Source of the DNA: an uncultured Candidatus Poseidoniales archaeon
Lineage (GTDB): Archaea > Thermoplasmatota > Poseidoniia > Poseidoniales > Thalassarchaeaceae
Length of the DNA stretch: 44,532 nt
Assembly: GCA_964645485.1 (NCBI GenBank)
Contig: CAZXZO010000014.1
Span: 1-44,532, forward strand
Direction: 5' to 3'
Positions 19,066-28,012 of this stretch are shown in pieces (the stretch's first letter is position 1; every line of letters begins with the position of its first letter). The position numbers were made by a program, and so were the translations under genes. The notes below the pieces were generated by a model, which was not told where the DNA came from, made no database searches, and saw only the letters and a program-made list of their open reading frames with translations.

Positions 19066-20679
19066 TTACTTTTTACCCCATCGGCGAATTGTCTGAAGTA
19101 ATTCGCGCTGTTTCTCAGGGGAATAGGATACATTTTGTGAATAGGCTAACTCCACTAATCGTGGGTCTCCTATCATAGATTGAATTTCTGCTGGGGTCTT
19201 GATTGCCATCTCGTCACGCGTTAAATCATAGAATACTCTGATTTTTGTCATCAGTGCTTCGCGCATTCTTTGCTTGTAGGTGCTCGGGTCAATCTTCTCA
19301 GGTCTTTCTCGGAATCGAGTAAGGTCAAACACATGGCGCCAGTTTTCCTTTTCAGGAACTACCATAATCGCCACTAGAAGTAATAGTAAGAGATTGAGAA
19401 CAATTAACCACTTTAGGAAATTATCAGATGTTAGTAAAACAATGGTGCTCATAGTTTCTGTAAATGGGTTGGAAATAGAGCCAGTTACGTGGCGGCTTTC
19501 ATCAAACACAATTCGGAACTCTTCCATCTTTAGTTTGATACTGAATGGCAACATTTCGTTGTCAAATTCCATCATGTCATAAATTAGTGCTTTGAAATAA
19601 GCATCATTACCTTTCCAGCCATTATCTCCTTCAAGGTGGCGTTGCCAACAGGAAGTTGACTCGGTGTCACAGTCTTGGCGGACATCTGTTTCAGCTGCTT
19701 TATCAGCAGTCCAGAATCTGTTTGAAATTACTTCATCATCAGCGATGAAAACGATTGAACCAGTGGCTTTTAGAGAACCGAAGGAAGAACCATCCCCACC
19801 TGGAATTTTTCGCTCATCGAGAACTTCCACACCAGGGTAATCCATCCTAAGGATAAGAGACAGGTTACTGATTGGGTTATCTTCATTATCACAAGAATTA
19901 GACCCGATTCTGTCAATACATGAACCTTCACTTGCCTTTGCTAAGACATTAACATCTCGCTTGATGTAATCATCGCTTCCTGGCACATCAGAAGGCAAAG
20001 CCTCCCAACGCATTGCAGTTGGCGCCTTGAACATGACAGGCATGCGGCAATGGTCTAGGTCATCGCCTCTCTCATTGAGCATTGTGTCGCTACAACCGAC
20101 TGGATTTATTCCGAATTGGTCACCTTCGACAATATCGTTTCTGATGCTAGAAACACCCCAAACATTGGTTGGGTTATCATTTCCACCAACTCCATCTTCG
20201 TCGTAGGTTTTCCAACTTTGACTCTCATCAAGGAGTGTTTCACCAAAATAGGTGACTCCAAACTTGACTGCAAGTCGATTTGCATTTTTGCCATCAGTGG
20301 CAACGATTACCTTGCCACCTAGTTCAGTCACGAAGTGGTAAATTGCAGAGGCTTCGGTTTCATCAATTGGTTTTTCAGTACCAGCTATCACTAACAATGT
20401 ACGGTGTGGTTCTTCCCAGTCGTTCACAAGCATTGGGGTTGATAGGGTGTTACGGATTTTGTATCCCTCACCATTCCCCCCTCCAAGGCTCGCTCTCATG
20501 TCTGTAACTTGTGCCAACTGGGTCTTCTCATCAGATGCCTCTGTAACATATGCTGAGTAGTAGGTTTCTTTGTTTGTGGTGACTAATGTCATTGATAACA
20601 TCATCACAATAATTAGGATTGCAAAGGTTGCACCAATGATGGTTCCAAAGTGCTTTGGGCCATCATCGTCTTTTGCCAT
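19066..20679 (-). CDS. DUF4350-like membrane-anchored extracellular protein of the MoxR module
   Basis: ORF track starts at 20862, but ATG 20679 (MAKDDDGPKHF followed by a TM, RBS-like AGGAAGTGA) fits better. TLLVIAGTEKPI..EASAIYHFVTELGGKVIVATD, GSIVFIADDEVISN, IVFDESRH and a C-terminal TM match the DUF4350-type layout. Confidence 0.7.
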   Translation of the reverse strand: MAKDDDGPKHFGTIIGATFAILIIVMMLSMTLVTTNKETYYSAYVTEASDEKTQLAQVTDMRASLGGGNGEGYKIRNTLSTPMLVNDWEEPHRTLLVIAGTEKPIDETEASAIYHFVTELGGKVIVATDGKNANRLAVKFGVTYFGETLLDESQSWKTYDEDGVGGNDNPTNVWGVSSIRNDIVEGDQFGINPVGCSDTMLNERGDDLDHCRMPVMFKAPTAMRWEALPSDVPGSDDYIKRDVNVLAKASEGSCIDRIGSNSCDNEDNPISNLSLILRMDYPGVEVLDERKIPGGDGSSFGSLKATGSIVFIADDEVISNRFWTADKAAETDVRQDCDTESTSCWQRHLEGDNGWKGNDAYFKALIYDMMEFDNEMLPFSIKLKMEEFRIVFDESRHVTGSISNPFTETMSTIVLLTSDNFLKWLIVLNLLLLLLVAIMVVPEKENWRHVFDLTRFRERPEKIDPSTYKQRMREALMTKIRVFYDLTRDEMAIKTPAEIQSMIGDPRLVELAYSQNVSYSPEKQRELLQTIRRWGKK

Positions 20680-20858
20680 TTTTCTGTCACTTCCTTGAGG
20701 TTGAACAGGCCAAAGCCTACGATTGCTAATTCTTGGAATTAAGTTCCCCAAATATATGTTGTTACTGTTAGAGTGGTGTGTTTGTGGTAGTTTCAAAGTA
20801 AGGTGTTGCGTATCATTTGCGAATATACTGCAAAAGGGCGGGAAAAAATGATAATTTT

Positions 20859-21854
20859 TCAATCAATTTTTCTTCGAACAAGAGCACCCAATAAAAGTGT
20901 GATAAAAACCGCACCTGGCCATAAAGGAGTCAAATTTTTTGAGATGATATCTCCTTCACCCGATGTATTACCATCGTTGTTTGATTGCTCATTCCCATTA
21001 GAGGAGTCACCTCTGTCTTCAACAATGCTAAGGGTGCTTTCGTCAGAGTCAGCGGTTTGTGACCTTCCAGCATCCACATCTCCCCTCGATTGAATTGATA
21101 TTTCAATTACACAGTTCTTAGTTGGGTGGCTGTCAGATGTTGTAATATTGAGTATTTGAGTTAAGTTCTGGCCCATTTCGATAGCCACACCTTCAAGTTC
21201 TTCTGCACCTCCAACATCAAGGAGGGGACATGAATCAGTGACAGTCACTTTGTGAACTGAATCAACAGCATTACCTGCGTTTGTTACTGATACTTCTAGA
21301 GAACTAGTTGTGCCGGCATTTAGTGGTCCACTAGATTCTGATAAATCGATAGTTAAATCCACAACCATTGGAATAGTCACATTCCCCTCGCCATCCTTCG
21401 AATCACCGCCAGATGTGAGTGGCGATCCGGAATATCCGGTAACAGTGCCAGTTACAATGAAACGGTCACTTTGGCTTGCAGCAAATGCTGCGACATCAAT
21501 TTGCTTGATTGTGAAATCAAACGATTTATTGGTTTGAGCACTGACTTCTACTGAATCAGGTCCGTTTGCCGAACCGTCAAAAGGTATGTCAAATTCTATG
21601 TCAAGAGTAATAGCAGCCATGTTTTGGTTATCAATCCAAAATTTCACACTCACTTCCCCATCCAACCCAAGTTCAAAGATCGGTTCAGTGTCTTGTGGTG
21701 TGTCGATACCCATTTCCCACCCGGCTGGAATATCAGGGAGGTCCTCTTGTGCTGTGGCTGAGATTGGCATCATCGCCAACACCAGTATCAAGGTCAGAAG
21801 TTTGGCTCGCACATTCACTTCGATACACTCCTCATTGTTGAAACCGTCGCTCAC
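20859..21854 (-). CDS. Secreted, C-terminally anchored surface protein with two Ig-like domains
   Basis: Signal peptide RAKLLTLILVLAMMPISATAQ, beta-rich body (VSVTNAGNAVD), Asn/Gly/Ser linker, terminal LWPGAVFITLLLGALVRRKID. ATGA overlap with the upstream FAD-subunit stop. Confidence 0.75.
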   Translation of the reverse strand: MSDGFNNEECIEVNVRAKLLTLILVLAMMPISATAQEDLPDIPAGWEMGIDTPQDTEPIFELGLDGEVSVKFWIDNQNMAAITLDIEFDIPFDGSANGPDSVEVSAQTNKSFDFTIKQIDVAAFAASQSDRFIVTGTVTGYSGSPLTSGGDSKDGEGNVTIPMVVDLTIDLSESSGPLNAGTTSSLEVSVTNAGNAVDSVHKVTVTDSCPLLDVGGAEELEGVAIEMGQNLTQILNITTSDSHPTKNCVIEISIQSRGDVDAGRSQTADSDESTLSIVEDRGDSSNGNEQSNNDGNTSGEGDIISKNLTPLWPGAVFITLLLGALVRRKID

Positions 21855-22831
21855 TCATGCATAATTTGATTCAAACATCGCCTGGCTAATACTTTCACCA
21901 TTTTACGGCGATAATTTGGCTTTAATCCGGTATTGTTTACGGGTTTTATTGATTTTCGAAGAGATTCGGAAAGAATCTCAATACTTTCTTTTCCACTCCA
22001 TCCCGGCAGCACTGCTGCAACTTCTTCATCGTGAACCCGTGGAATTGATTCTAACCCGGTTGAAGCAATTTTGAGAGTTGATATTTCCTCTCCATCAAGT
22101 TTCCATGCAGCAGCGATTCCAGCTTCTGGGAAATCCCAAGATTCCCGCAATGTCAACTTGTGGTAACAGCCAGTCAATTCAGAACTTTCAGTTGGTAGAG
22201 TTATGTGAGTAACTAATTCGCCTGGTTGTAAAACGTTTCTTGTCATACCGTCTAACTCGAAGAAATCAGAAAGAGGCATCTCTCTTTTTCCACTTGAGGA
22301 AGCGAGGTGGATTGTTGCATTTAGGCATAATAATGCAGGCGCTAAGTCAGCCTGATAGGTAGCAACACACAGTGTATTTTGGTTTGGAATTACTCGGCAG
22401 TCTGCATCAGTACCACATTCACATTTGTGGCACCATTCAATAGATTCGCGCCAATCTTCTGATTGGTTAAACCAATAACAACGAGTATCCAAGCATAGAT
22501 TTCCTCCAACAGTGCCAGAACGGCGAATCATGACTGAAGCAATACTCCCAGCAGCATCTTTGAGTAATGGATGGGTGAGATTGCTCTGGGCTAAATCGTG
22601 TAATCTAACCATTCCACCGATATGAGTTGAAGACAACTCACTCATTTCAGCAACTTTTGCGAGTGAGATGACATTCGCTTTTGGATTAAGATGCCATTTG
22701 TAATTTGGAATTAAGTCGGTTCCACCTGCAATCCAATCAAATTCTTCACCTGCGGCAATAAATTCACCGGCTAAAGCCAAAGCCTGCTCAAGGCTGGTTG
22801 GCATCAGCAACTCAAATGGCGGCATTCTCAT
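21851..22831 (-). CDS. hcrB: Molybdo-flavoenzyme FAD subunit with [4Fe-4S] insert, 4-hydroxybenzoyl-CoA reductase beta-like
   Basis: IAGGTDLIPN, GTVGGNLC, Cys-rich insert DTRCYWFNQSEDWRESIEWCHKCECGTDADCRVIPNQNTLCVATYQADLAPAL (Thauera HcrB as recalled: DTRCIFYNQSEWWR...C..C..CYATYHGDVAPAL), KLTLRESWDFP. The symbol names the closest family; activity is unproven. Confidence 0.8.
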   Translation of the reverse strand: MRMPPFELLMPTSLEQALALAGEFIAAGEEFDWIAGGTDLIPNYKWHLNPKANVISLAKVAEMSELSSTHIGGMVRLHDLAQSNLTHPLLKDAAGSIASVMIRRSGTVGGNLCLDTRCYWFNQSEDWRESIEWCHKCECGTDADCRVIPNQNTLCVATYQADLAPALLCLNATIHLASSSGKREMPLSDFFELDGMTRNVLQPGELVTHITLPTESSELTGCYHKLTLRESWDFPEAGIAAAWKLDGEEISTLKIASTGLESIPRVHDEEVAAVLPGWSGKESIEILSESLRKSIKPVNNTGLKPNYRRKMVKVLARRCLNQIMHE

Positions 22832-25605
22832 GCATCATCACCTCGGTGTCTTCGTTCAGTGTGCTTCCAGGCCGAACCGGCTAAGCGAGGATTGTCAATA
22901 TAGTCTTGAGGTGGGATTACAGAAACTTTCCAATCATCAGATTGTTCATCAGCAGGCATGGTTGCGGTAAATCCGAATAAAGCCCCATTATGGTATGGTT
23001 CAATATTGTCATCATTGCGTCTAGCAATGTCACGCTGTTCATGCTCTCCAGCCCGTTTTGCCAGTGAATCTTGGAGATGTGAGAGTTTGAGTCTTGGTGT
23101 TTCTAACTCAAGTGGGTCTGAGATACCTTGCTCTTTGCATAATTTTTCGATGTTTTTGTGCATCCTGTCCGGTGTGATTGGTAACTCATTGACTCTTACG
23201 CCAATTGCATCATACACCGCATTACACACTGCTGGCAGAATTGGTAGAAGTGGGCCTTCACCTGCTTCTTTTGCTCCGAATGGACCTTCTGGGTCATTGC
23301 TTTCTACAATGATTGGGTAAACCTTTGGCATTTCATGCACGGTTGGAATCTTGTAATCTAACAGATTCGCATTCAGAAGATGTCCGGTTCTACCATATAC
23401 CATCTCTTCAGATAGTACTTGGCCTAATCCCATATGGCAACTGCCAATTATTTGTCCTTCGACTGCCAATGGATTCAGCGCTTTTCCACAGTCGTGTGCA
23501 GCCCAGACGTTGATGACGCTTGTTTGCCCGGTTTCAACATCCACTTTCACCTCGGCAACATATGCTGAAAATGAATAAGCAGGTGCCAATCCAGCGGCTG
23601 CTCCTTTGTGGGCTCGTCCCATCGGTGGAGTTCTGTATGCTCCTGATGCAACTAGCGCACCTCGTTCTTCCTGTGCTTTGTGAAGCGCTTCAAGATAAGA
23701 GACACCGATAGCAGGATCTCGTTTATCGTAAATCCTGCGGTCACCCAAAACTAATTTTTCAGGGTCTCCACCGGTGATAGTAGCGGTAGCATCTAGCAAT
23801 TCTTGACGGATTTTCATTGCTGCCGAAATTGCCGCGTTTGCGTTCATGAATGTCACTCTGCTAGAATATGAACCAAGGTCAACAGGAGAAGTATCGGATT
23901 CTTGTGAACGAACTCGAATCATGTCTAATGGTAGTCCCAATACCTCAGCAACAGATTGAGCAACAACTGTGTCAGAACCCTGTCCAATATCAGCGGCTCC
24001 GGTATGAATTGTTACACCGCCATCCATGTCAATTTTCAGGTGAACAGTTGCATGAGGGAACTTGTTTGGGTCCCAATGAATCGGTAAACCGCTTCCTGAA
24101 ATGAAGAAACCACAACCAACTCCAATGCCATGGCCTAATGGCAGTTTGCGAAATCGCTCATCCCAATTTGAGGCTTTACGCACTTTTTCTAGACATTCTC
24201 TCATCCCAGTACTAGTGATTCTAAAACCCGTGATAGTTGCACTTAGGGGTGGTAACAAATTGGCTAAACGGAACGTCATTGGGTCAACCTGAAGTTTGTC
24301 GGAGAGATCATCTAGTCCTACTTCGAAGGCACAGCGTGAGTTAACAGCGCCATGTCCGCGCATGGCCCCACTGGCAGGCTTGTTTGTCCAAACTCGGGCA
24401 CCGGTGTAATGGAATGCTCCAATCTCGTAAGGTGCGGTGTGAAGAACCCCGTTGTAGTAAGTTGTAACGTGACCGAATGAAGCGAAAGCACCCCCGTCAA
24501 TCAAAGCATCAGTTTCAACTCCGCAGAGACGCCCCTGTGAATCAGCGTGAAGATTCATTTCAATGTGTGAAGGGTGTCTACCTCGATTAACGAAGAAAAC
24601 CTCCTCTCGGTCAAATGTGATTCTTACAGGGCGCCCTGATTTACGTGCTAATATTGCCGCACACATCTCATGTGGGAAGGGGTCAGACTTGCCTCCAAAT
24701 CCGCCACCTACAAACGTTCTATAGACGTTTATTTGATGCATGGGGATTTCTAACACATCAGCAAGTGACCGATGCAAATAGTGCGGCACTTGTTGTGGCG
24801 TATAGACTGTCAATCTCCCTCTTGGGTCCCAATTTGCAACGGTTGCATGTGGTTCTGTAAAGCCGTGGTTAACACCACGGAAAGTCCAATTTGAATGATG
24901 AGACGCTTCCGCATTTTCCGTCATTTTTTCTACTTCGCCAAATTCTTGGAATACCCGCTTTTGGATATTTGCTTCACCAATGTGATATTTACCGCGGTCA
25001 TGAATTGGGTTTTCACTATCTTCCAATCCATCTTTCATATCGTGAATGCTGTCTAATACCTCGTATTCAACCTCAATGAGTTGCAGCGCTTGCAATGCTG
25101 TAGATTCGTCTTCTGCGGCGACAGCTGCCACTAAATCGCCAACATGGCGAACTAAACTGATTGCTAAGGCGTGTTCATCTTTTGTGACTGGTAATACGCC
25201 GAAGGCATTTTTTGCATCAACTCCCGTTGCAATAGCAACTACGCCGTCAAGTGCTTCTGCGGCAGAGGTGTCAATTGATTTTACACGAGCAAAATGGTGT
25301 GGTGAGCGAAGAATTTTTCCAATTAACTCGTTAGATAATCGAATATCATCGCCATATTTTGCTTGCCCTGTAACTTTGTAGCGCCCATCAATCAAAGGTG
25401 TTCTAGTGCCGATTGAAGTACTTGTAACTAGTTCATCGTGGCGGTGAGTGCCCCATGGTTGAGCCAACTTTCCTCCTTGGCTCTTAGGTATCTTTCCTTC
25501 ATCTTGAAGGCTACTGAATTGGTCTTTACCGCCACTACCTGGGCGGGCAAATGGCAATTTCCCGGGCTGCTGCTTGTACCCGACCATTTCCTCTTCGTCA
25601 GTCAT
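22828..25605 (-). CDS. hcrA: Molybdopterin-binding large subunit, 4-hydroxybenzoyl-CoA reductase alpha-like (xanthine oxidase family)
   Basis: IGTRTPLIDG..KVTG.AKY, FGVLP, QVPHYLH, VGGGFGGK, GAMRGHG, ISGSGLPIHW, PHATVHLKIDMDGGVTIHTGAADIGQGS, DLGSYSSRVTFM, KALNPLAVEGQ, GPFGAKEAGEG. RBS AGGTGAT. The symbol names the closest family. Confidence 0.8.
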   Translation of the reverse strand: MTDEEEMVGYKQQPGKLPFARPGSGGKDQFSSLQDEGKIPKSQGGKLAQPWGTHRHDELVTSTSIGTRTPLIDGRYKVTGQAKYGDDIRLSNELIGKILRSPHHFARVKSIDTSAAEALDGVVAIATGVDAKNAFGVLPVTKDEHALAISLVRHVGDLVAAVAAEDESTALQALQLIEVEYEVLDSIHDMKDGLEDSENPIHDRGKYHIGEANIQKRVFQEFGEVEKMTENAEASHHSNWTFRGVNHGFTEPHATVANWDPRGRLTVYTPQQVPHYLHRSLADVLEIPMHQINVYRTFVGGGFGGKSDPFPHEMCAAILARKSGRPVRITFDREEVFFVNRGRHPSHIEMNLHADSQGRLCGVETDALIDGGAFASFGHVTTYYNGVLHTAPYEIGAFHYTGARVWTNKPASGAMRGHGAVNSRCAFEVGLDDLSDKLQVDPMTFRLANLLPPLSATITGFRITSTGMRECLEKVRKASNWDERFRKLPLGHGIGVGCGFFISGSGLPIHWDPNKFPHATVHLKIDMDGGVTIHTGAADIGQGSDTVVAQSVAEVLGLPLDMIRVRSQESDTSPVDLGSYSSRVTFMNANAAISAAMKIRQELLDATATITGGDPEKLVLGDRRIYDKRDPAIGVSYLEALHKAQEERGALVASGAYRTPPMGRAHKGAAAGLAPAYSFSAYVAEVKVDVETGQTSVINVWAAHDCGKALNPLAVEGQIIGSCHMGLGQVLSEEMVYGRTGHLLNANLLDYKIPTVHEMPKVYPIIVESNDPEGPFGAKEAGEGPLLPILPAVCNAVYDAIGVRVNELPITPDRMHKNIEKLCKEQGISDPLELETPRLKLSHLQDSLAKRAGEHEQRDIARRNDDNIEPYHNGALFGFTATMPADEQSDDWKVSVIPPQDYIDNPRLAGSAWKHTERRHRGDDA

Positions 25606-25620
25606 GCAAGTATCACCTGA

Positions 25621-26199
25621 CTATGCGTCTTCTCCCATAAAACCAGGGTGTGGGTCGGAATGTTGGGAAGTGGGGTTTTCGGTTGATTCCCCATCACGAA
25701 TTATCTCAGCGGCCGCTTGAATCGATTCAATAATCGGCTGATAGCCTGTACACCGGCAGAGGTTTCCTTCTATTGCAGTCTTTATCTCAGCCTCAGTAGG
25801 ATTAGTATTTTCGTTTAGAAGTGCAGTTATCACAATTAAAAATCCAGGGCTACAAAATCCACACTGGCTTCCACCGTAGGTTGTAAAAGTCTCTTGGATA
25901 GGTGAGAGGTGGTGTCCGTCTGCGATTCCCTCTACTGTGGTTATTTCACAGCCTTCAACTTCGCTGGTAAGTGTCAGACAAGAAAGTCTTGGTTCACCGT
26001 CCACAAGAACTGCACAACATCCACAAGTGCCCATGTCACATCCTCTCTTCACTCCAAGCATGCCGATTTGGTCACGCAGTACATCTAGAAGAATCGAATC
26101 ACTTGAAATTGATTCAGTGACCTTCTTTTCATTGACAGAAGCAATCCATTCTCGCTTACCTGCTTGAGGCAACATTGGAATACGGTTTGGCTCTGACAT
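25621..26199 (-). CDS. hcrC: 2x[2Fe-2S] small subunit of the molybdoenzyme (HcrC/CoxS-like)
   Basis: KRGCDMGTCGCCAVLVDG..RLSC, QCGFCSPG, GNLCRCTGY. Confidence 0.88.
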   Translation of the reverse strand: MSEPNRIPMLPQAGKREWIASVNEKKVTESISSDSILLDVLRDQIGMLGVKRGCDMGTCGCCAVLVDGEPRLSCLTLTSEVEGCEITTVEGIADGHHLSPIQETFTTYGGSQCGFCSPGFLIVITALLNENTNPTEAEIKTAIEGNLCRCTGYQPIIESIQAAAEIIRDGESTENPTSQHSDPHPGFMGEDA

Positions 26200-26212
26200 G
26201 ACAATTGCCCAT

Positions 26213-26280
26213 TGCCTACTCTGTAGGCATACTGACGAGTCGGGCTCCGTCTTTGATAGTTCGCCTCAGATTTATGAGGC
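26213..26280 (-). promoter_or_regulatory. Two inverted repeats in the acyltransferase-hcrC intergenic region
   Basis: TGCCTAC-TCT-GTAGGCA (26213-26229) and GCCTCA-GATTTA-TGAGGC (26263-26280); both have GCCT...AGGC arms. Confidence 0.35.
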
Positions 26281-26303
26281 ATTAGTTGAGATTTACTGCA
26301 ATT

Positions 26304-27971
26304 TTATGTTCTTACAGATACAGATTCATAATCCTCTTTTCCAGTAAGTGGTTCAACCCAATCAGGGTCTGCAGGAAGAACCAGCCCCTGTCCAATTTTA
26401 TTGAGTGTTTCAGCCAAACTTTTCTGTTCCTCGGTTAATTCATCCCATGGGATTTCGCCTCTGCGCAATCTTTTCCACTGTTTTAGAGTACCAATTGAAC
26501 GTACAGACCGGGCCCAGAGTACAAGGTGAAGGCGAGCTGAAACAGACCATAATGGCATCAGTATGAAAGCCAATAATATCCAATTTATTTTTGTGACATA
26601 TGGTTGTATAAGTGGTAATAGTCCATACAAATTTAGATTCCAGAGTGGGCTAGCAGGAGCGGCAAGTAAAAACGCCACTGGAAATGAAATCAAAATCCAC
26701 CAAATTGGAAGTAATGCGAAGCCCATGACAATTTTGTGAGTGCCAAGTGTGTGATTCTCTTTAAGAGACATTTTAGCGGCAATCGGGCCAGCAAGACGGT
26801 ATGGTGGCCATGAACCGATTAGTGCACCCCAAGTTATGAGTCCAGCCATGAAAATCCAAGAACCGATGATTTGGAAGACAGCAGAAATCAAATCGATTGT
26901 GCCCGGCCTTTTATCTCGATCATACAACTCGTGTTCTTTGAGATTATATTTATCCATTTTTTCAGCATGAGCGCTGACTCTTGACTTCAGGTTGACCGCT
27001 TTGTCTGGTTGATGTTCAGACAACCATAGCCATGCAGCACGAGTGCGTCTAGCGCCCATGACTGCTTCTGCATATGTTGCTCCTGTTTTTCGACCCAGCA
27101 TTCTATTTCGATGTACAGAAAGTAAACCTCTAGCCCTCCAAAGCAGTTTTCGGTCCTCCCACGTGTCAAGTCCTTGGCTACTTCGTTGCAGTTCAGTACC
27201 TAGAGATTCAGTTACTGAATTTACCCATGCTCGTTGTGCCGCAATATCTGCTCCAAACTCTGAGATTGCTTCGTCGCTAGCAACAGGGGCCCCTTCATCA
27301 CCGGGAAGAGGTGGCAATCTCATCGGTTGATGAACAGAGACCAAGGCTCTCTCTCGAAATCGATTGGCATCTGAATAGTGTAGGCCAACAGGGACTAAAG
27401 AAGGTGGTTCTTCACCACTTTCACGAGCCTTAATTAATGCTTTCAACATTATTCTAGCAGGGCCTGTTTTGGTCTTTTGTGGTTGACTCATTAGGTGTGA
27501 AATACCTTCTGGATAAATAGCACACCAACCACCATCAATGAGTACATCAGACAGTGTATCAATGAGGCCACTATTCCCACCAGTTGTTGATTGTTCCGAA
27601 TCACCTGAGGGGGAGATGTCTTGCTTTCTATAGACAGGTTTTGCGCCAGCCGCACGCATGAATTGACCTAGGATAGGTGTTTTGAATAGGGTATGTTTTG
27701 CAACGAACGTCATTTGTCCTGGCAACAATGAGAGCATCAATAATGGGTCTATCAAAGATGCTGGATGCCAAGCCGCGAAAAGGACTCCTCCTTTTTTGGG
27801 AATACACTCTTCATGGACAATTCCGTGCTCCCTAAACCAAGATGCACTAATTTGCCTACACAGCCATCGAATTATGCGATAAACTAATGGTAATCGCTTC
27901 ACATCATTACCTCTGCTTGGATTGGCAACGTGGGGCGTTAGGCAATATGTTGTTCCCTGCATTTCACTCAT
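26304..27971 (-). CDS. Glycerolipid acyltransferase (LPLAT superfamily, HX5D type) with C-terminal TM region
   Basis: Block I WHPASLIDP, block II FVAKHTLFK...GAKPVYRKQD, block III AIYPEGISH, block IV LVPVGLHYSDANRFRERALV. GTG 27902 (MKRLPLVYRII) is an alternative start. Confidence 0.88.
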   Translation of the reverse strand: MSEMQGTTYCLTPHVANPSRGNDVKRLPLVYRIIRWLCRQISASWFREHGIVHEECIPKKGGVLFAAWHPASLIDPLLMLSLLPGQMTFVAKHTLFKTPILGQFMRAAGAKPVYRKQDISPSGDSEQSTTGGNSGLIDTLSDVLIDGGWCAIYPEGISHLMSQPQKTKTGPARIMLKALIKARESGEEPPSLVPVGLHYSDANRFRERALVSVHQPMRLPPLPGDEGAPVASDEAISEFGADIAAQRAWVNSVTESLGTELQRSSQGLDTWEDRKLLWRARGLLSVHRNRMLGRKTGATYAEAVMGARRTRAAWLWLSEHQPDKAVNLKSRVSAHAEKMDKYNLKEHELYDRDKRPGTIDLISAVFQIIGSWIFMAGLITWGALIGSWPPYRLAGPIAAKMSLKENHTLGTHKIVMGFALLPIWWILISFPVAFLLAAPASPLWNLNLYGLLPLIQPYVTKINWILLAFILMPLWSVSARLHLVLWARSVRSIGTLKQWKRLRRGEIPWDELTEEQKSLAETLNKIGQGLVLPADPDWVEPLTGKEDYESVSVRT

Positions 27972-28012
27972 TAATATTGAAGGTAAGGTTCATCCCGAAC
28001 ACCGGCTTCAGG

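Noticed and set aside
19066-20862. ORF-track start at 20862 for the DUF4350-like gene (likewise 2747, 8574, 10363, 37733 for others)
   Set aside because: The extensions are non-protein-like and overlap neighbours or intergenic signals; downstream starts fit better, several with RBS-like motifs
15620-26199. Idea that MoxR/DUF58 is a CoxD/CoxE-like maturation chaperone for the adjacent molybdoenzyme
   Set aside because: The MoxR is of the common MoxR-proper type with DUF58/DUF4350-like membrane partners. A 179-nt gap (20680-20858) with a U-rich tract and a TATA-like ACATATATT separates the two units. Proximity alone is insufficient.
21851-26199. Aerobic CO dehydrogenase (coxLMS) call
   Set aside because: The large subunit lacks the AYxCSFR/AYRGAGR active-site loop (it has AMRGHG), and the FAD subunit has a [4Fe-4S] insert absent from CoxM
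10372-26199. Metabolic link from chorismate (aro operon) to 4-hydroxybenzoyl-CoA (Hcr-like enzyme)
   Set aside because: The genes are on opposite strands and separated by an unrelated module; no chorismate lyase or CoA ligase is visible
26200-26303. Moco riboswitch upstream of the molybdoenzyme
   Set aside because: The region is only about 104 nt and I could not see the conserved Moco-motif elements; only two simple hairpins are supportable
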